Assembly (NCBI GenBank): GCA_965655095.1
Contig: OZ296657.1
Location: 27,652,001-27,716,000, forward strand
Reading direction: 5' to 3'
Length of the DNA: 64,000 bases
DNA from: Haplodiscus bocki
Taxonomy: Eukaryota
Positions 48,501 through 61,905 of the stretch are shown one piece after another. The notes beneath the pieces are model-generated. The model searched no databases. It saw only the letters and a list, made by a program, of their open reading frames with translations, and was not told where the DNA came from. Within the stretch, counting starts at the first letter, position 1; each line of letters opens with the position of its first letter. The translations under genes and the position numbers were made by a program.

Positions 48501-50684
48501 GTAGTCTTTTCGGAAAGTGGTGTTAGCTTGTGGTCTTTTACAGAGAGTTTCAAGTTCTGTGGAAAGTTGCTTGAGGTATATTCGGTGAAGGTCGTCTTCG
48601 TAAAAGGTAGTGGGTTGTTAATAATTGTTTTGTTGATATCGGGGCTGACATGTGGCAGTGGCCAGCTGCTGAGGAATGATTCTGTTTCGGTGATGACACA
48701 GAATAGTTCGAAGTTGATAATCCGGATCTTGAAATTAAAATAACTGAGTGTGATCTTGTTGCTGTTTCTATGCAGCGTCTGCCGCGAAGGTGAAGTGCCA
48801 GAAGCTGATTTAGTCAACATTTGATAACAGCTGTGGGAGGGGGTTTATTCGTTGCTTGTCGAAGTCTCGCTGCTCGAGGGCGGTCAATAATCTCGCATCT
48901 CCCTGAAAATTTTTTGCGGTCAAACTAATGCAAGAATTTCTCGTCCTGGAACGAAGCGCGTCTGAGTCAGAAGCAAGTAGTGTGTGGAGAGTAAATGACA
49001 AGTAGCCAAACATGGTGCTCTGGTGATAAAACATATGAAAATCTTATTGTGGTTTTCGGAATTCGTTATCGTAATGAACAAAGTAAAACGGTCCAACAAT
49101 GGTGGAAATGTACTCCACCTTACAGAGCGCATGGTGCCACCGACAAGAGATGCGCCAAGTTTGTTGACGGTGTTGTGTAAAACACTGATGGCGATGTCTT
49201 TCTGCAAAAACTTTTGATGTATTCGATTCCACTGTGCTAGCAGATGCTGTGAACATGTTCGATGAAACCTATGACTATGGGATTCCTTAAAAGATAAGGG
49301 GTTATTTGCTCTTGTTTGCGAGCTGCTTGTTGTAGGCAACCTAAGGCGCGAAGAATCCATCATCGCGCCTATAAGAGGGTGAATTGCATGAGTGGGTCCT
49401 TGTTCTGAATTTCTTTGCCTTTTTGATGTTGTTTATGGTGTCAGAGAGCAAAAATGAAGGTTAAATAAAGTTTATAAAAATGTTTTTTTTTCGCAATCGC
49501 TGCTGTATGAAGAAAACGTGACAGTGTTACGGAGGGACCCATTATATGATGGGGTCCTTGAGCAATATGTGAACCGGAAGAGGTACATGAAACAGAGGAA
49601 CAAGCTGAAAATGTTGAAATTTTGTTTTAGAAAAATTGAAACGGTTTTCGGCAATATTAACTTATTTCTAATTTTTTGCAAGAGTTTACAAAGTTCATAA
49701 GGTACCAGTTTTTTCCATGTGTCACTTACTCGTGGAGAGTCAAAACTCAAACAGGAGAATGTGTTTGTAGAGGTGCAAATGTTTCAAAACCAGGTGGGAA
49801 AAGTACTTTTCCCCCGATTGGTCATATTTTAGGAATCAAAAATGAGTCAGTACATGATCAAAAACGCCATTTGTGAGAAAAGTTTGTAAGCAACTAGGTG
49901 AACGTTTTTCTCATCAGCCTTTTTTTCGTGAGTGAAAAAATGAAGACAGCTGTAAAGGCATCCATTTCTTGAGAAAAAAGTGAGTTATCCAAATTTTGAA
50001 GTCAATGGTTGAATTTTTAGTAAAATTCATTGTTAAAAAACACATCACTGAAGCTTTTTGGCGTATTTGGAGTGGATGACTAAACTGCTCCAACAAAGAG
50101 TAAGTGACTTTGATTCCGATATAACATTCCCCCAAAACAACGCGGAGTATTGAGTAAGTGAAACGTTTCTAATAGAAGGTGTTCTAGTCGCAGATCGGTT
50201 GAAAAATCTATTGATGCATGGCTGTAGTGCCCACGGGCGTCTTACCGCCAACTCAGGCACTTGATGCCCTTGTTACAAAGCTAAAACTCCTTAGGGAATA
50301 CAACAACGAGGCGCTAACATAGTTACACTCGAGCGGCGTCTTGTTCTGCTCTTTCTCGATGTTCATAAAACTTTTTCACTTAACTTCCAAATTAATCATT
50401 GAGAAGAAGCAAAAGTCAACCAGAGCGATGTGATTATCAAGAATACATCATTTTTACTCGTAATAATTTCATGACATCATGAATAAGGCGTTTGAAAAAG
50501 AATTGATGTTCCCTGTAATTTTCTTTTAAACCGGCACTTTCTCAAAGCATTTTCAGTAAACTTGGGTGGCGGAAATTATCCCGTTGTCAACAAGGTGTTT
50601 TTTTTCGTTTCAATCTGCAGATGAGATTCTGTTGTTTGCTGCGAAGGCATAAAATTCTTCGAGTGTATTCGTAAGAGCTTTGTT

Positions 50685-52235
50685 TTATGTCTCTGGAACC
50701 CAAAGTAAGAGTAGAATTGAAGACAAAATAACAGATACTCCAATTATCAAGTAAGATGCACTGTCGTAGGGTCCGTAGTGCAAAGTTATTATGAAAGGCG
50801 CAATTATGGTTCCTATTTTAGCTGCGGCTGCGCAATGAAGAATATCCGTGCCCCTCAGCAGTGTTGGGTATAATTCAGGACCATAGATGAAGAGAATGTT
50901 GAAAGCCCCTGTGGCCAAGCATTTCCCAAGTAGCGCCAAACCTATTTCCACATACCTGTGTGCTACATCTTTAGTGAACGGTGTCGCTATGCACGCGGCT
51001 GCTGAAATTAGCATACTTACGAAATAAGTTCGCTTCCGTCCGAAGTACTTCATTGCGTAACATAGGAGCGGAGACGGTATTTCAACGACCGATAAAAGAG
51101 CCGAATTAATGTAAATATTGCTCCCGATCTTTCCAGCTCCGTAAGTCAGTCCGTAGAATGCGAGTGAGGCCGTAAACCAATTTGAAATTTGGCCAATCGA
51201 TTTCAAAGATGCGGGTGGTGTTTTATATAAGTCAATAATATTCACTGGGCTGTCTAATTTTCTATCAACTGGCTTGTCAATTAATCTCTGATTGTCATCT
51301 GAAGCGTCGCATTCTGTAGAAATTATTACACTTTCGTATTCAGACGTTACTTGACGAGATATTATCACTAAGTTCGTTGTTTGATTTCGCTTTTTATTGA
51401 ATTTTCTGGTCAAAACAATTTTAGAAGGATTCTTATTGTTCAAGCGGGCAATTCTTTGCAAAATATGCTCGGATTGTGCCGTTTTTCTTTTCGAATAGAG
51501 CCACAAAGGACTTTCTGGTACAAATAGAAAGTACAAAATAAAGAGTGGAATAAGTGCAAATGACACTGCCATCAGCTGATGTTTCCAGCTATTTTTGAAA
51601 ACAACGCCCATTGCTGAAGCTAATGCTTCACCCACTGGAAACCACACCCAAGTGAACATTCCAAAATCAGCCAGGCGCTTTTTGTCAATTATCTCAGTCA
51701 TGATGAGAAACGATAACATCATAAATCCACCATGATTGAAGCCAGCCCCAAATCGCGATGCTATGTAAAACCAAACATTGGGAGAAATGATACCGGCGCT
51801 TGAGAAAACGCAGTAGAAAAACATGGAAAGCAAGTTCATGGGTCGTCTACCGAACCGGTCGCCCAAATATCCCATAATGAAACAAGATATTAAACAGGCG
51901 ATCCAAAAAGCGGAGTTAGATAATGTGGCCAATAGCTGGTTCTTTGTTCCACAAGCCAGATCAAATGTGCTGATGATAGAACTCGGAGTGGATGCATAGG
52001 CATACTTTTGACAGTTTGCAACGCATATGCTATCAAAAGATGATGGCGGAATAGATGTTGTGTCATTTGGTTCCAGGGATGTCTGAACACATTTGAATGG
52101 AACTGACACTGACACAAAAACTGGTATCACGCATTGCCATCCTGTGTAGGTAGACATAAGAAATGTCATGGCTATTACAATATACTGAGCCTTCCCCAGC
52201 ATGCCGGCAGCTGCAAAGGCTTCATCGTACTGCAT
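50685..52235 (-). CDS. SLC22/organic cation transporter-like MFS protein, intronless, C-tail truncated
   Basis: SIISTFDLAC, GYLGDRFGRR, FVPESPLWL, YGLT, FGRK, ELYPTLLR, VPET; about 12 hydrophobic segments. Confidence 0.88.
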   Translation of the reverse strand: MQYDEAFAAAGMLGKAQYIVIAMTFLMSTYTGWQCVIPVFVSVSVPFKCVQTSLEPNDTTSIPPSSFDSICVANCQKYAYASTPSSIISTFDLACGTKNQLLATLSNSAFWIACLISCFIMGYLGDRFGRRPMNLLSMFFYCVFSSAGIISPNVWFYIASRFGAGFNHGGFMMLSFLIMTEIIDKKRLADFGMFTWVWFPVGEALASAMGVVFKNSWKHQLMAVSFALIPLFILYFLFVPESPLWLYSKRKTAQSEHILQRIARLNNKNPSKIVLTRKFNKKRNQTTNLVIISRQVTSEYESVIISTECDASDDNQRLIDKPVDRKLDSPVNIIDLYKTPPASLKSIGQISNWFTASLAFYGLTYGAGKIGSNIYINSALLSVVEIPSPLLCYAMKYFGRKRTYFVSMLISAAACIATPFTKDVAHRYVEIGLALLGKCLATGAFNILFIYGPELYPTLLRGTDILHCAAAAKIGTIIAPFIITLHYGPYDSASYLIIGVSVILSSILLLLWVPET

Positions 52236-54689
52236 GTTCTGTGAAATCTCGAAAAGTTTGTTATGCGCTTCAGTATGTATTTATTTTTGATTCTGGCTTC
52301 ATACGCTGTGTAAATGTCTCCCAAGTTGCAGGATCTGAATGTTCAAGTGATCGGAAGCGAGCTGAAAGTTTGGATCGTAGGTGAGTGTGAAGACAGTCGA
52401 AGCAAGCTGAGAGATGTAACTCATTTGGTGATTATAGATCAAAATTGGTCTGTGCGACTGTTCGCTTCGTTATTTAACTGCGTTCCGCTTCTATTATTGT
52501 TCACATTTCCGCTCTTGTGCTTCAGAATCTTCCGAAACCAAATTAGCATATTGTTCCAAATGAATGGTTGCATCAAATATCTAACTAGTAGTTGATTTCA
52601 AAGAGATAACTGATGAGCGTCAATTTTATTTCTGTTCTTTCATAAGTACTCAAGTTGGCCCATCGTATATAAGTTAACATCAAAACGGCATGACATGTCT
52701 GCCATCTGATGCAAGATCATTACTTCAAAATTTGACCTAACATCGATATTTACTAAAACTGGTATCGTTCAATGTCTGTTGTAAATACTCCCGATTCCAT
52801 TAAGTGTCGTTAGAAACCTCGCTTGACCCTAATGGGGAAAGAAGTACTGCAGCGGACTCAACATTATTAGTAAAGCATGGCATCTTCTGTCAAAAAGTTC
52901 AACAGAGATCATCACAGTGTTCATAGAGGACGTGAGATTATGGAAGCCAATTAATTCCATGAAGGATGCAAGGAAAGTAAAGTCCGGTGGGCTGGAAGTG
53001 AAATTTGCCTTTGATTATCAAAATCCAATGGCTTTGTTGTGCTCCCACTTTTTATCACAAGTTCTAACGTGTTGCAACTTGATACCTAGAAAGGGAAAAA
53101 GTCAGCCCGAAAACCGACCGTCGGCCATATTTTGCCTGCTGTAGATCTTTGGAATCAGAAGCGGCCGATGGGCACGACTTATTCTGGTACCGCTTCCAAG
53201 CGCCCGGAAGTGCCGTTTTTCATATTTTTTCTCAGATGGCGTCTCAGTGTCTTTACTGTGGAAGATAAAAAAATTATATGAAGTTTTCGCGACTGCTAGC
53301 AGGAACACTGCCATATCATCGAGAAGCAGAAAACTCTGGTTGACGTCATAATTCTCACGAGCACCAACTGCGGAAGTAATGAAACCTATCACTTTGTTAA
53401 TTGCATGTGTATTGTGCTGAAAGAGCTTGCACAGGCTGGACTGTCAGAACGTTTTCTTGTAGCATGAACTGGTGGAGTGAGACAGATTTGGTTCTTGTAC
53501 AAGTCGCCGGGAGTTGCAGCCTGAGACATATTTTGTGCCATGGATCTCAAATCTGACGAGATTTGTCTTTTCAAATGTCCCAAAGAGCTCATTCAGGCTG
53601 TGTCTGTTAACGGCCTTTGAAAAGTGGGCGGGAGGAATAAAAGGCTTTGAAGATGGCCACAAATCGAAATTGAAAGGAACCCCATGGGACAAGAAAAAGG
53701 GGTCGCAAAGGAGTCACAAGTCGTGTGCTGATGATTAAGATGCTTCAGTATGTCTCCTTATGCCTGGTCGTTTTATTCTTCTGTCAGCATGGACTGGTAC
53801 TTGGACACCTTGTTTTTTTGCGCAAAACCGGGGCAACGTATCCAACATAGCACTTATTCGTTGATGTTGGCCATCAGTATCAAAAAGGATGATTTGATTA
53901 GAGTTATAAATGCTAGTAAAAGTGTTGTGGTTTGCATAAGAAGCGCTATCGAACATGGTTTTTCTAGCCAAACGCAGTGAACACTGGTGGGTGTGTCGAA
54001 TCGAAGCAGGAAGTATTAACAAGACGGCTGCTACCACCGGCATGTTTTCCGCTTTCCAATTTTCGCAAAGATGTCTTTCAAGAGTGTGAAAGTTTTTTTT
54101 CCAGAATACTCCTTCTTGATTTTATTTTTTCTGATTTTTCGCCGAAAATTCTCATAATTAAAATGGAAAACGCATTTTCAAGAAATAATATCATTTGATA
54201 GGCATTCTGCAGCACATTTACCACCTTTATCGAGTTTGAGAATGGTTCAAGTTTTTTTTTCAAAAAAATCCCTATTTTTGAACGTTTTGAGAAATCTTAC
54301 TATTTCATTTGCTTTTTACAGCAGCTTTGGTGATAAAATTTTCAAGGTCAACCGGACACTAGCGTCAAGTCGGAAATCAATTGGCAAGACACGTCAAAAA
54401 ACGTCGGATTTGACCGTTTTGAGATGATTTTCCTTCCATTTTATAGATATGGGCGGAAAATAACAAGACGACCGGCCACCATCGCAATTTTTTCATCCTT
54501 CCAACTTGTTGAAAATAATCGTTTTGGAGAAAAAAATGCGTTCTACACAAAAAGTGCTTTTTTAACCTGTTTGGAAAAAATGTCAGATTTTTCTCTAAAA
54601 AAACATCCACTTTCCCAGTATAGAAATAAATCGCTTCCATTTTGCTTCTTTGGAATTTCTTAACCCAATTGCAAGTTTTTTGAATTTAT

Positions 54690-55330
54690 AGAATCCTATG
54701 AGATGGAAATCTTGCTCTGTGACCGGGATTGGATTGCTGTTCTTTCTTCAGCGAAATATCTTTCGTCGTAAATGAAATTTCGATGTTTTTACTTGCAGTA
54801 TTCGTTACTACAGTTTTTCTAAATGATGAGGGGCCGTTTTGGGGTCATGTAGCGTTGATTTGAATGCTCACTACCTGAAGCATCTGATGAGTAACCCGAA
54901 CTGTTTACTTTAAGTTTTTTTCGCGAAATATCTTACTTGTATTCGAAAAATTGATGTTTGTACTTGCGTCATCGTTAAAAACTATTTTTCTTGATTAATA
55001 ATTTTTGAAATGCGTGTGCCCAGTGCTGATTCATTTGCATTGCTCCCAGGAGCTGCGGAATTGGTTTTTTGATCTTTTAGAAAGTATTTTGACTTGTATT
55101 CGCAAAATTGCTGATGTTTTTTGTGATTATCGTGAATTTTTCCGTTGGGTATTGGCTGGATCGGCTTCTTCCGGTGCTATTTCAACTGTTCGCCACCTGA
55201 AGACTATGGGAGCGCTGGAATGTCTGTTTTTTACTTTTATTGCGAAATATTCTAACTTGCGTTCGGAAAATCAATAAATCAATATTGTGTCCGTCGTGTG
55301 CTGATTCAACTACTCGTTTCCAAGTGCTCC
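54690..55330 (+). repeat. Degenerate ~165-bp tandem repeat (about 4 units)
   Basis: gcgaaatat..acttg.attcg.aaaatt.gatgttt recurring near 54750, 54922, 55080, 55241. Confidence 0.5.
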
Positions 55331-58300
55331 TGAGGAGTAGACGGGCTGGTCTAGTTTTAACTTCATAGCGGATTGTGTTCTAGGAGTCGAAGTTGTTTCA
55401 ATTTCTGACTCAAAGGAAGATTGTGCGTTGGAAACTGGCGTCTCTTTAGTTCAAAACGCGCAGTTTGTGACGCTATCAGATAATCTATCGATGTAGTTAA
55501 AACGACCCAGAACGTTCTTCTTCAGACATTTAGCAGTTAGTTCTTAGGACTTCGGATAACTTTCGAGGTACTGATGTGTTAATAGGTTCTTGTTTTTCAA
55601 CGCTTTTTTGTACAACATTTTGGGACTTTGTCCAAAAGGATCAATTTTGTATGAAATTTGAATTTTTGTGGGATTTTTTTTCAAAACACAAAGTTGCGTG
55701 GAATACAGAATGGACTATATGTACTATACCAGATGCGCAGAGAGCGCGCAAATAATTTTTTTTCTTGCTCCACAGTCACTATACTTACAAAAAGAAGAAA
55801 TACGAAACTTTTTGAGTTCTTTTATCCAAATTCGCTAGAAATGGAGTAAGTATTGAAAAGGGACGCTATGGTTATCTCGGAAAGTTTTCGAATTCCTATT
55901 CGCCTTGGGCGCCTTTGTTACTTATGATATTCTGTTAAACCTCTTCTCACCAATTTTCTTTCGGATTACGTACCTCATTAGCTCATTCATCATGTTGACG
56001 TAAAAATATGCAAAGTGGACGAGTTTAGTTTTGTTTTCACATATTTATGCTCACTGTGATCTCCACTTGCTTTACAGATTGTGGTAATTTTTTACTTCGC
56101 TTCTTTGAAGCTATTTGTTGAGTTGAGTTCATGCAACAATGGGTTGACTTTTTGCTTCTTAGCGGCTATACGCAGTAGTTGAAATAATCTGCTCCACCTC
56201 TGCGAACGCGTCGAACTTTCATGTCTTGATGCTTACTTGCTCCGCGAGATATCTTCACTTATAGTTTGAATTTCACTTCTTCGCTTTATTTTGCCTATTG
56301 TTTTCTCGGAGACTAACGATTGTTTTCGCGCAGTGGTAAGTTCTTGCAACAATGGTAAGTAGGGATGCTTTTGAACAGCTTCGTGTCCCTGCTCCTATTT
56401 TTTTGTGGAAACGTTTGACACAAAAATAAGTTACAGAAGGAAGCAACAGCTTTCGTTGTTCGGCAGTACATTTGATCCCGTTTCTCACCATCGCGCTAAG
56501 TTTTGCGAAGCCCAACGTCGCCTCAGTGTTACATTTGCGTCAAATAAGTGCCTTTGAGTAGGGTTGTCTAGGATTTTCTTCGGATTGCTCAAAACGCACA
56601 CAAGCTGCTCACAAACATCGGAGTGGAGATATGGCGAATTCACTTTGCTTGCTTGTTCAGCTTGCTTTGCAAATTGTTGATTGAGGAGGATCTAAATCTG
56701 TAAGCACTGACCTATTGAGCAAAGATAATCGTATAATTTTACTAGTATCGAGAATTCTTTTTCTGTCCTCGCTAAAGCTAGATCAAACTACATGCGTCCA
56801 CTGCTGAATCAGAGGTTTTGTGAAGCCAAAATTTTCCCGATATCAATGTTTTCCTTTTTTTGTGATCCTTAGTGCGGAAAAAATACTGTGTGAGACGCAA
56901 GTTCCCAGCAAAAAATTTTCGTCTGAATTTCGAGTTTTTTTTCTCTGAAACTACAGATTGCAGTTTGACCCTTTAACGCTGTTTCTAAAGCGAAACATTT
57001 GAGGCAGTTTTTGTAGTAGCGGGGATTACTCATTGCGTACTTTTATTGCTCGATATCTGGACTTATAGTTTTTGAATTCAATTTTTTTCGAATTGCCTCC
57101 TTTCTAAAATTTGCAAAACTGCCCGTTGGGTTGTTACCATCTAGCGCTTGATCGCAAGACTGATATCTGCTGAATCGGTAGCGAATCAGAGTTGTGCCTT
57201 TTAATGAAATTTCTCTGGACTGTCACCTTTTTTTTGGTTTTTTCCGGAAGACATTTTTCCTGAGGACTTGTCGGTGCTGCTATGCAGTGCTCATTCGAAA
57301 GCCTTCCGAATCAACCATATCCTACGCAGTCTGCGAAGCAGGGATGTCTCGTTTTCCCTGAAGTAGTTTGACTTTTAGCTTTAAATTGGACTTCTTGTTT
57401 TGATATTTTTTTCTCTACGACTACCGGTTTACTTAATGCCATTCCGTAAACATTTGAAAGTCAAGCATGTCTCCCGCAACTTTTCTGGACTTTTTTTGAG
57501 ATTTGATAGTTCTTCACACGTGCGTCAGTCTTCGAAGTCTTTGAAGGCGGCCGATTGTGTTGCTGCATTCCAGTGGTTAATGAGGAGCCCGTATTTTTGA
57601 GATTCTGTAGAACAGCAGGAGTTTCCAATTTTTTTTTTACTTTTCGCGCAAAACATCTTGACCATTCTTTGAAAATTACAATAAAATTTGCGCCCTTTTT
57701 GACAAGTGGTTGCGTCGAAGACGAGCTGTTGCATTACGGCCATGTGGTGACCATTCATAAATCTGCCAGAAAGATTTTTTACGAAATATCATTGACTGGT
57801 TGCCCGTCCTATATTTTCTGGTGGTCTTGATCTTCAATTTCGAAAAGGTATGAGTTTTATTCAGTTGTGTTGAAAAGTTTTCTCGGCGAGTAAGGATTGC
57901 TCTGCGGTCATCCACTTCTTAACTAGTATACTTTTAGTAACGATTGCTGTCGAGCTTCTGGTTTTTTCATTTGATTTTTTTTTCAGTAATTTCTTATAAA
58001 ATAATCAAAACTTCACAAAAATCAGGTGAGCAGCTTTTGTTGATGCGCAAATATTTGATCGCAACTTTATGCGATGCGTAGCTTCGCCTTTGTTTTCAAA
58101 TTTAGTTGCTATAGCGACCAGCAAGGACTAATTGAGCAGTTCTCGTAAATTATTAGATCAATTTTTTGTATCCGGACTTGAAAAAAAACCAGACTTCAAA
58201 TTGCAGGAAGTGGTAAATTTGCGAATTGTTGCGGAGTTCCTATATTTTTCTCACTTCCCTGTCGAAAATGGTCAGTAATGCCAGAAAATTTAGTTTATAG

Positions 58301-61300
58301 ACATTGATCGATTCTGGAATATTTTTTTCGAAGCATCTCGTTCGACTTGTTTATCGAGCACTTTGCCAAAAGTTTTTCGTTAGCTTGTTCGTTTTTCCTC
58401 AGGGAACCTTGAATCGAAAAACATCGATTTCTAGCACACACTTAGTGGTATTCAATTTTTTTAAAAAAAATTTGGAATTCACGGAAAATTAGTTTGAAAA
58501 TACCAGACGACACAACATTTGTCAACTCTGATCAATTTCATCATTTTTTATATGAATTCCTTTTCCTATTCAAATATTTCGATATTCGAGCCTCGTCCGT
58601 GGACTATTTTTCAATCAGTGTTCTTACTTTATTAAAATGGCCAACTCTTGGAGTCACCTTGTTTTTCATCAATTTTTTAAATCAAAACGAATTGTCTACT
58701 TTTTCCCTGGCATATTATTTTGAAGCATGCAATAACAGTCTATAACAAGCTGGGGCAAATACTCACAGGGGCACAATCATCAAAAGGTGCCTTTTACGAC
58801 ATTTTTTCGGTACTGAGACAATTTTTTTGCCCAAAATTCGTAGTACCCCCCCCCCCTTTATGTAAAAATCTTTTAGGGACCATAAATTTCAGAAACATCA
58901 GCGGTTCCTCCCCCGACGAATTTTTTTGTGCACTGTAAGACAACAAATTTTCTACAGAAGTCATGATACGCCCCGACAAATGGGCAGTGCCAGAATCTCT
59001 CAGAAAATTCCAGAAAAACAAAAAGGGCCCCCTCATCAATTTTTTCGGTACTGCGATACAGTGAGCCAAAAAGTTTTCGTTATCTTTTTTGTGATAGCCC
59101 TCTATGGTTTACCAAAATTTTCGCTCCCGACAGATGGGCAACGCCGACTTCGAGCTGTTCTCAGCATGTTTCAATTTGAACTAGAGTAATCTTCGGGGTA
59201 AGGAGGCCTATGAGGCTTGATCAAAACGCTTAGAACCCGAAAAATGGAAATTTGTTAAACTTCTCTGCTTAACAATTGATATTTTGAATATCGCGTCATA
59301 AATCAAAATGCCTGAAAAATTATTAAATAATTGAATTATTTTTCAAAATGTGTGGCATTGGTCAAAAGGCAAGCGCTGAGAATCGCTGGCAGTCTTGAAA
59401 GCATTTCAACTTTCTCCCAGCTTAAATTTGTATCCTCTAAAATGTTCCGTAACAAACTGGAATACCTGAATTTTAAATTTGATTGTTTTTGAAACGAGTG
59501 ATTTGGTGTCTAGGGCAAACCCTACATAGCATCGGCATAGTATTGATAAAAATTCCGAGGTCCTATCCGCCAAGAGTGGTTATGATTCTGGCTGCAAATG
59601 TTCCGTTAGTGTAAAAAGAGAGCGTCATTATATTCCCCAGTTTAGGTATGAATGTATTAATTTGGACATTTTTCAGATACTTTATGGATGTTGTTCATTC
59701 TCAGGGTCAGTTTGTTCACATGTCTACAGCTGGTTTTCTCACCGACAGCTGCAAGTGTCTTTCAGAAAAAGTGTACAGAGGCATTCCTTACGGTAAGAAA
59801 ATTTTTTGATTAATTTCTTTCTGGTTCAGTTTTGAGGGGTAATCGTATTCTTTTCGTTTTGCCAAAGTATTGGAAAATTTACAAGTAATTTGGTATTTTA
59901 TTTTTGAAAAATACCAAATTATCATCGGTTCGTGTGTGGCAATGCGTAGCAGAATTTGTAGAAGTAAAATTCGGGAACGGTTGTACTTGGTGTCAGCCGT
60001 TGTTTTTAGTGGGGATTCCCATTACCCTTTGGAGAAAAATTTTCCTCTCCAAAAAGCGGTATAGATGTTGTAGTGGGGGAGAGGGGTCAGCTATTAGGAT
60101 GGTAGTGTTACACTTTTGCCTTAAAATCACCTTTTAAATGAAAGTTTATTAAAAGTCGATGCGAACTGCAAATTTTGCATATACCGCCTTGCAGAAGAGC
60201 ATAGGGCAACGAAACTACCGACACAGTTTTCAGGTTCGATCTGAAATTCTCCTATCTTTTTGCCTATTTTGGGTGTTATCAAGAGTACCAAAAATTGCTA
60301 AATATTTGATAAATTCAACTTCCTAGTCAGCTTCTTGGCTGCAAAATAAACCGATACGAAAGATCATATTTTCACAAAATATCGAAACTTTTGCGAACAG
60401 GTGTCGTCGTTTGTGTTTTGAGTAGACCCAAATCGATGATTTTACAATTTTTTGTGATTTATGCTTGTTTATTTAGGGGACAATGGGAATAAGAACACAT
60501 TCTTTTTTGATTTTTGAAACCCCATTTCAACAGGTTTTTATTCTTCATCCTTTCTGATCTGCTTTCTGAACTATCAAGATTCATCGCGCCCAAGAGCTCC
60601 AATATTTTCCCGTCACAATACTTGGCTCTTCAAGCTATCGTTCGTTCTAGCCAAAATCCATGTCACTTATAGCTGCGAATATAGCATAAATACAACAAAT
60701 ATAAATGTCGCACCTTTTTGCAAATAAAGCTTTTTTCATCTTTTTTTTTTCGTTTTTTCGTTATTTCAGCTTCCGATCTACTCTCTAGTGACGAATTTAG
60801 ACCGAGTCGATACAAAAAAATTTTCGCTATTAGTGGCAATGTTTTGAAATATCGAAAATTGAAGCTTTTGTGGTTGAAAATGCTAAATTTGCAATTGTTT
60901 TGAGATATTTGCTATTTACTTTCCAAATCGATGTTGTACCTTCGAATCTTTATGAATCGATTAAAAAAAGCATTTCCAAGAAGAAGCTAGTTCAGATGAA
61001 CCCAAGTAGTCAAAAATAGCGAATTCATCTTGAAATGTTTTGGGTTTTTGCCCTTTTGTCCTCCAAATCGGTTTTTCAGCTGCAAGTACAGACTATCGAA
61101 AAAACGCCTTTTTACTTTTTCACAAACTCTGCATTTTTTGTTTAATTTCTTTCAAGTAACTGAGAGTAGCTAATTTCGCCATTTCTGGGGTTTTTTCCAC
61201 GTTCGTTACTTTCTGGTAAAACGGATGGTCGATTTTTCGTTGATGCGCCCCCAGTATTAGCTGAGGGCGAGCATATCTTCGAGTCGTATGGCGCCTTTGC

Positions 61301-61905
61301 TTTTGCTGGTGGAAAACTTGCATTTTTTGAATTCATGGGATAGTCTGATGAACTCATCTAAAATATCAAAAACGGTTTTTCCAGTCAGTTGGCAGGTAGT
61401 CTCCATTAGATTTTTCCAACAATGTACTGTTTCATATCTGGTTTAATATCTAAAAAGTGTGATTAAGCTTTTCCGTGCATTGCATCGAATGACTTCAGTG
61501 ATCTCTGATGTGTACTATGTATCTTCGATTTCAAGTAAGATGTAGTCATGTGTTGAGCACTTACTTACACTACACATCCCTGCGCAATTCCTGCTGATTC
61601 GAAATGTTCACTTTTGTTGAATACGAAGGGATCCAAATAACCTTCGTTTGGCGGCTAAATGATTCAAGTTTTCTCTGGATCTTTGTCAATTTTTTTTGTA
61701 TTATTTTCGTGTTCTGATAGTTTTGATAATTATCAGTCGCTTTTTTGCCCAAATTGGCTCACTTTTTCTTCTTTGACTGTTAATTTCTTAGCGTTCAAAT
61801 GCTGAAACGTTGCTTTCATTTTAAGTTTGAGCTTTTATAAAAAGGACTATTCAAGTGGACTTTGCTGTTAATTATTTTTGATCTTTGCAAAACGATGACA
61901 CCAAG

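Noticed and set aside
55400-61800. Many 60-90 aa ORFs
   Set aside because: Low-complexity F/K/L-rich translations of AT-rich repeat debris; no splice-consistent gene model.
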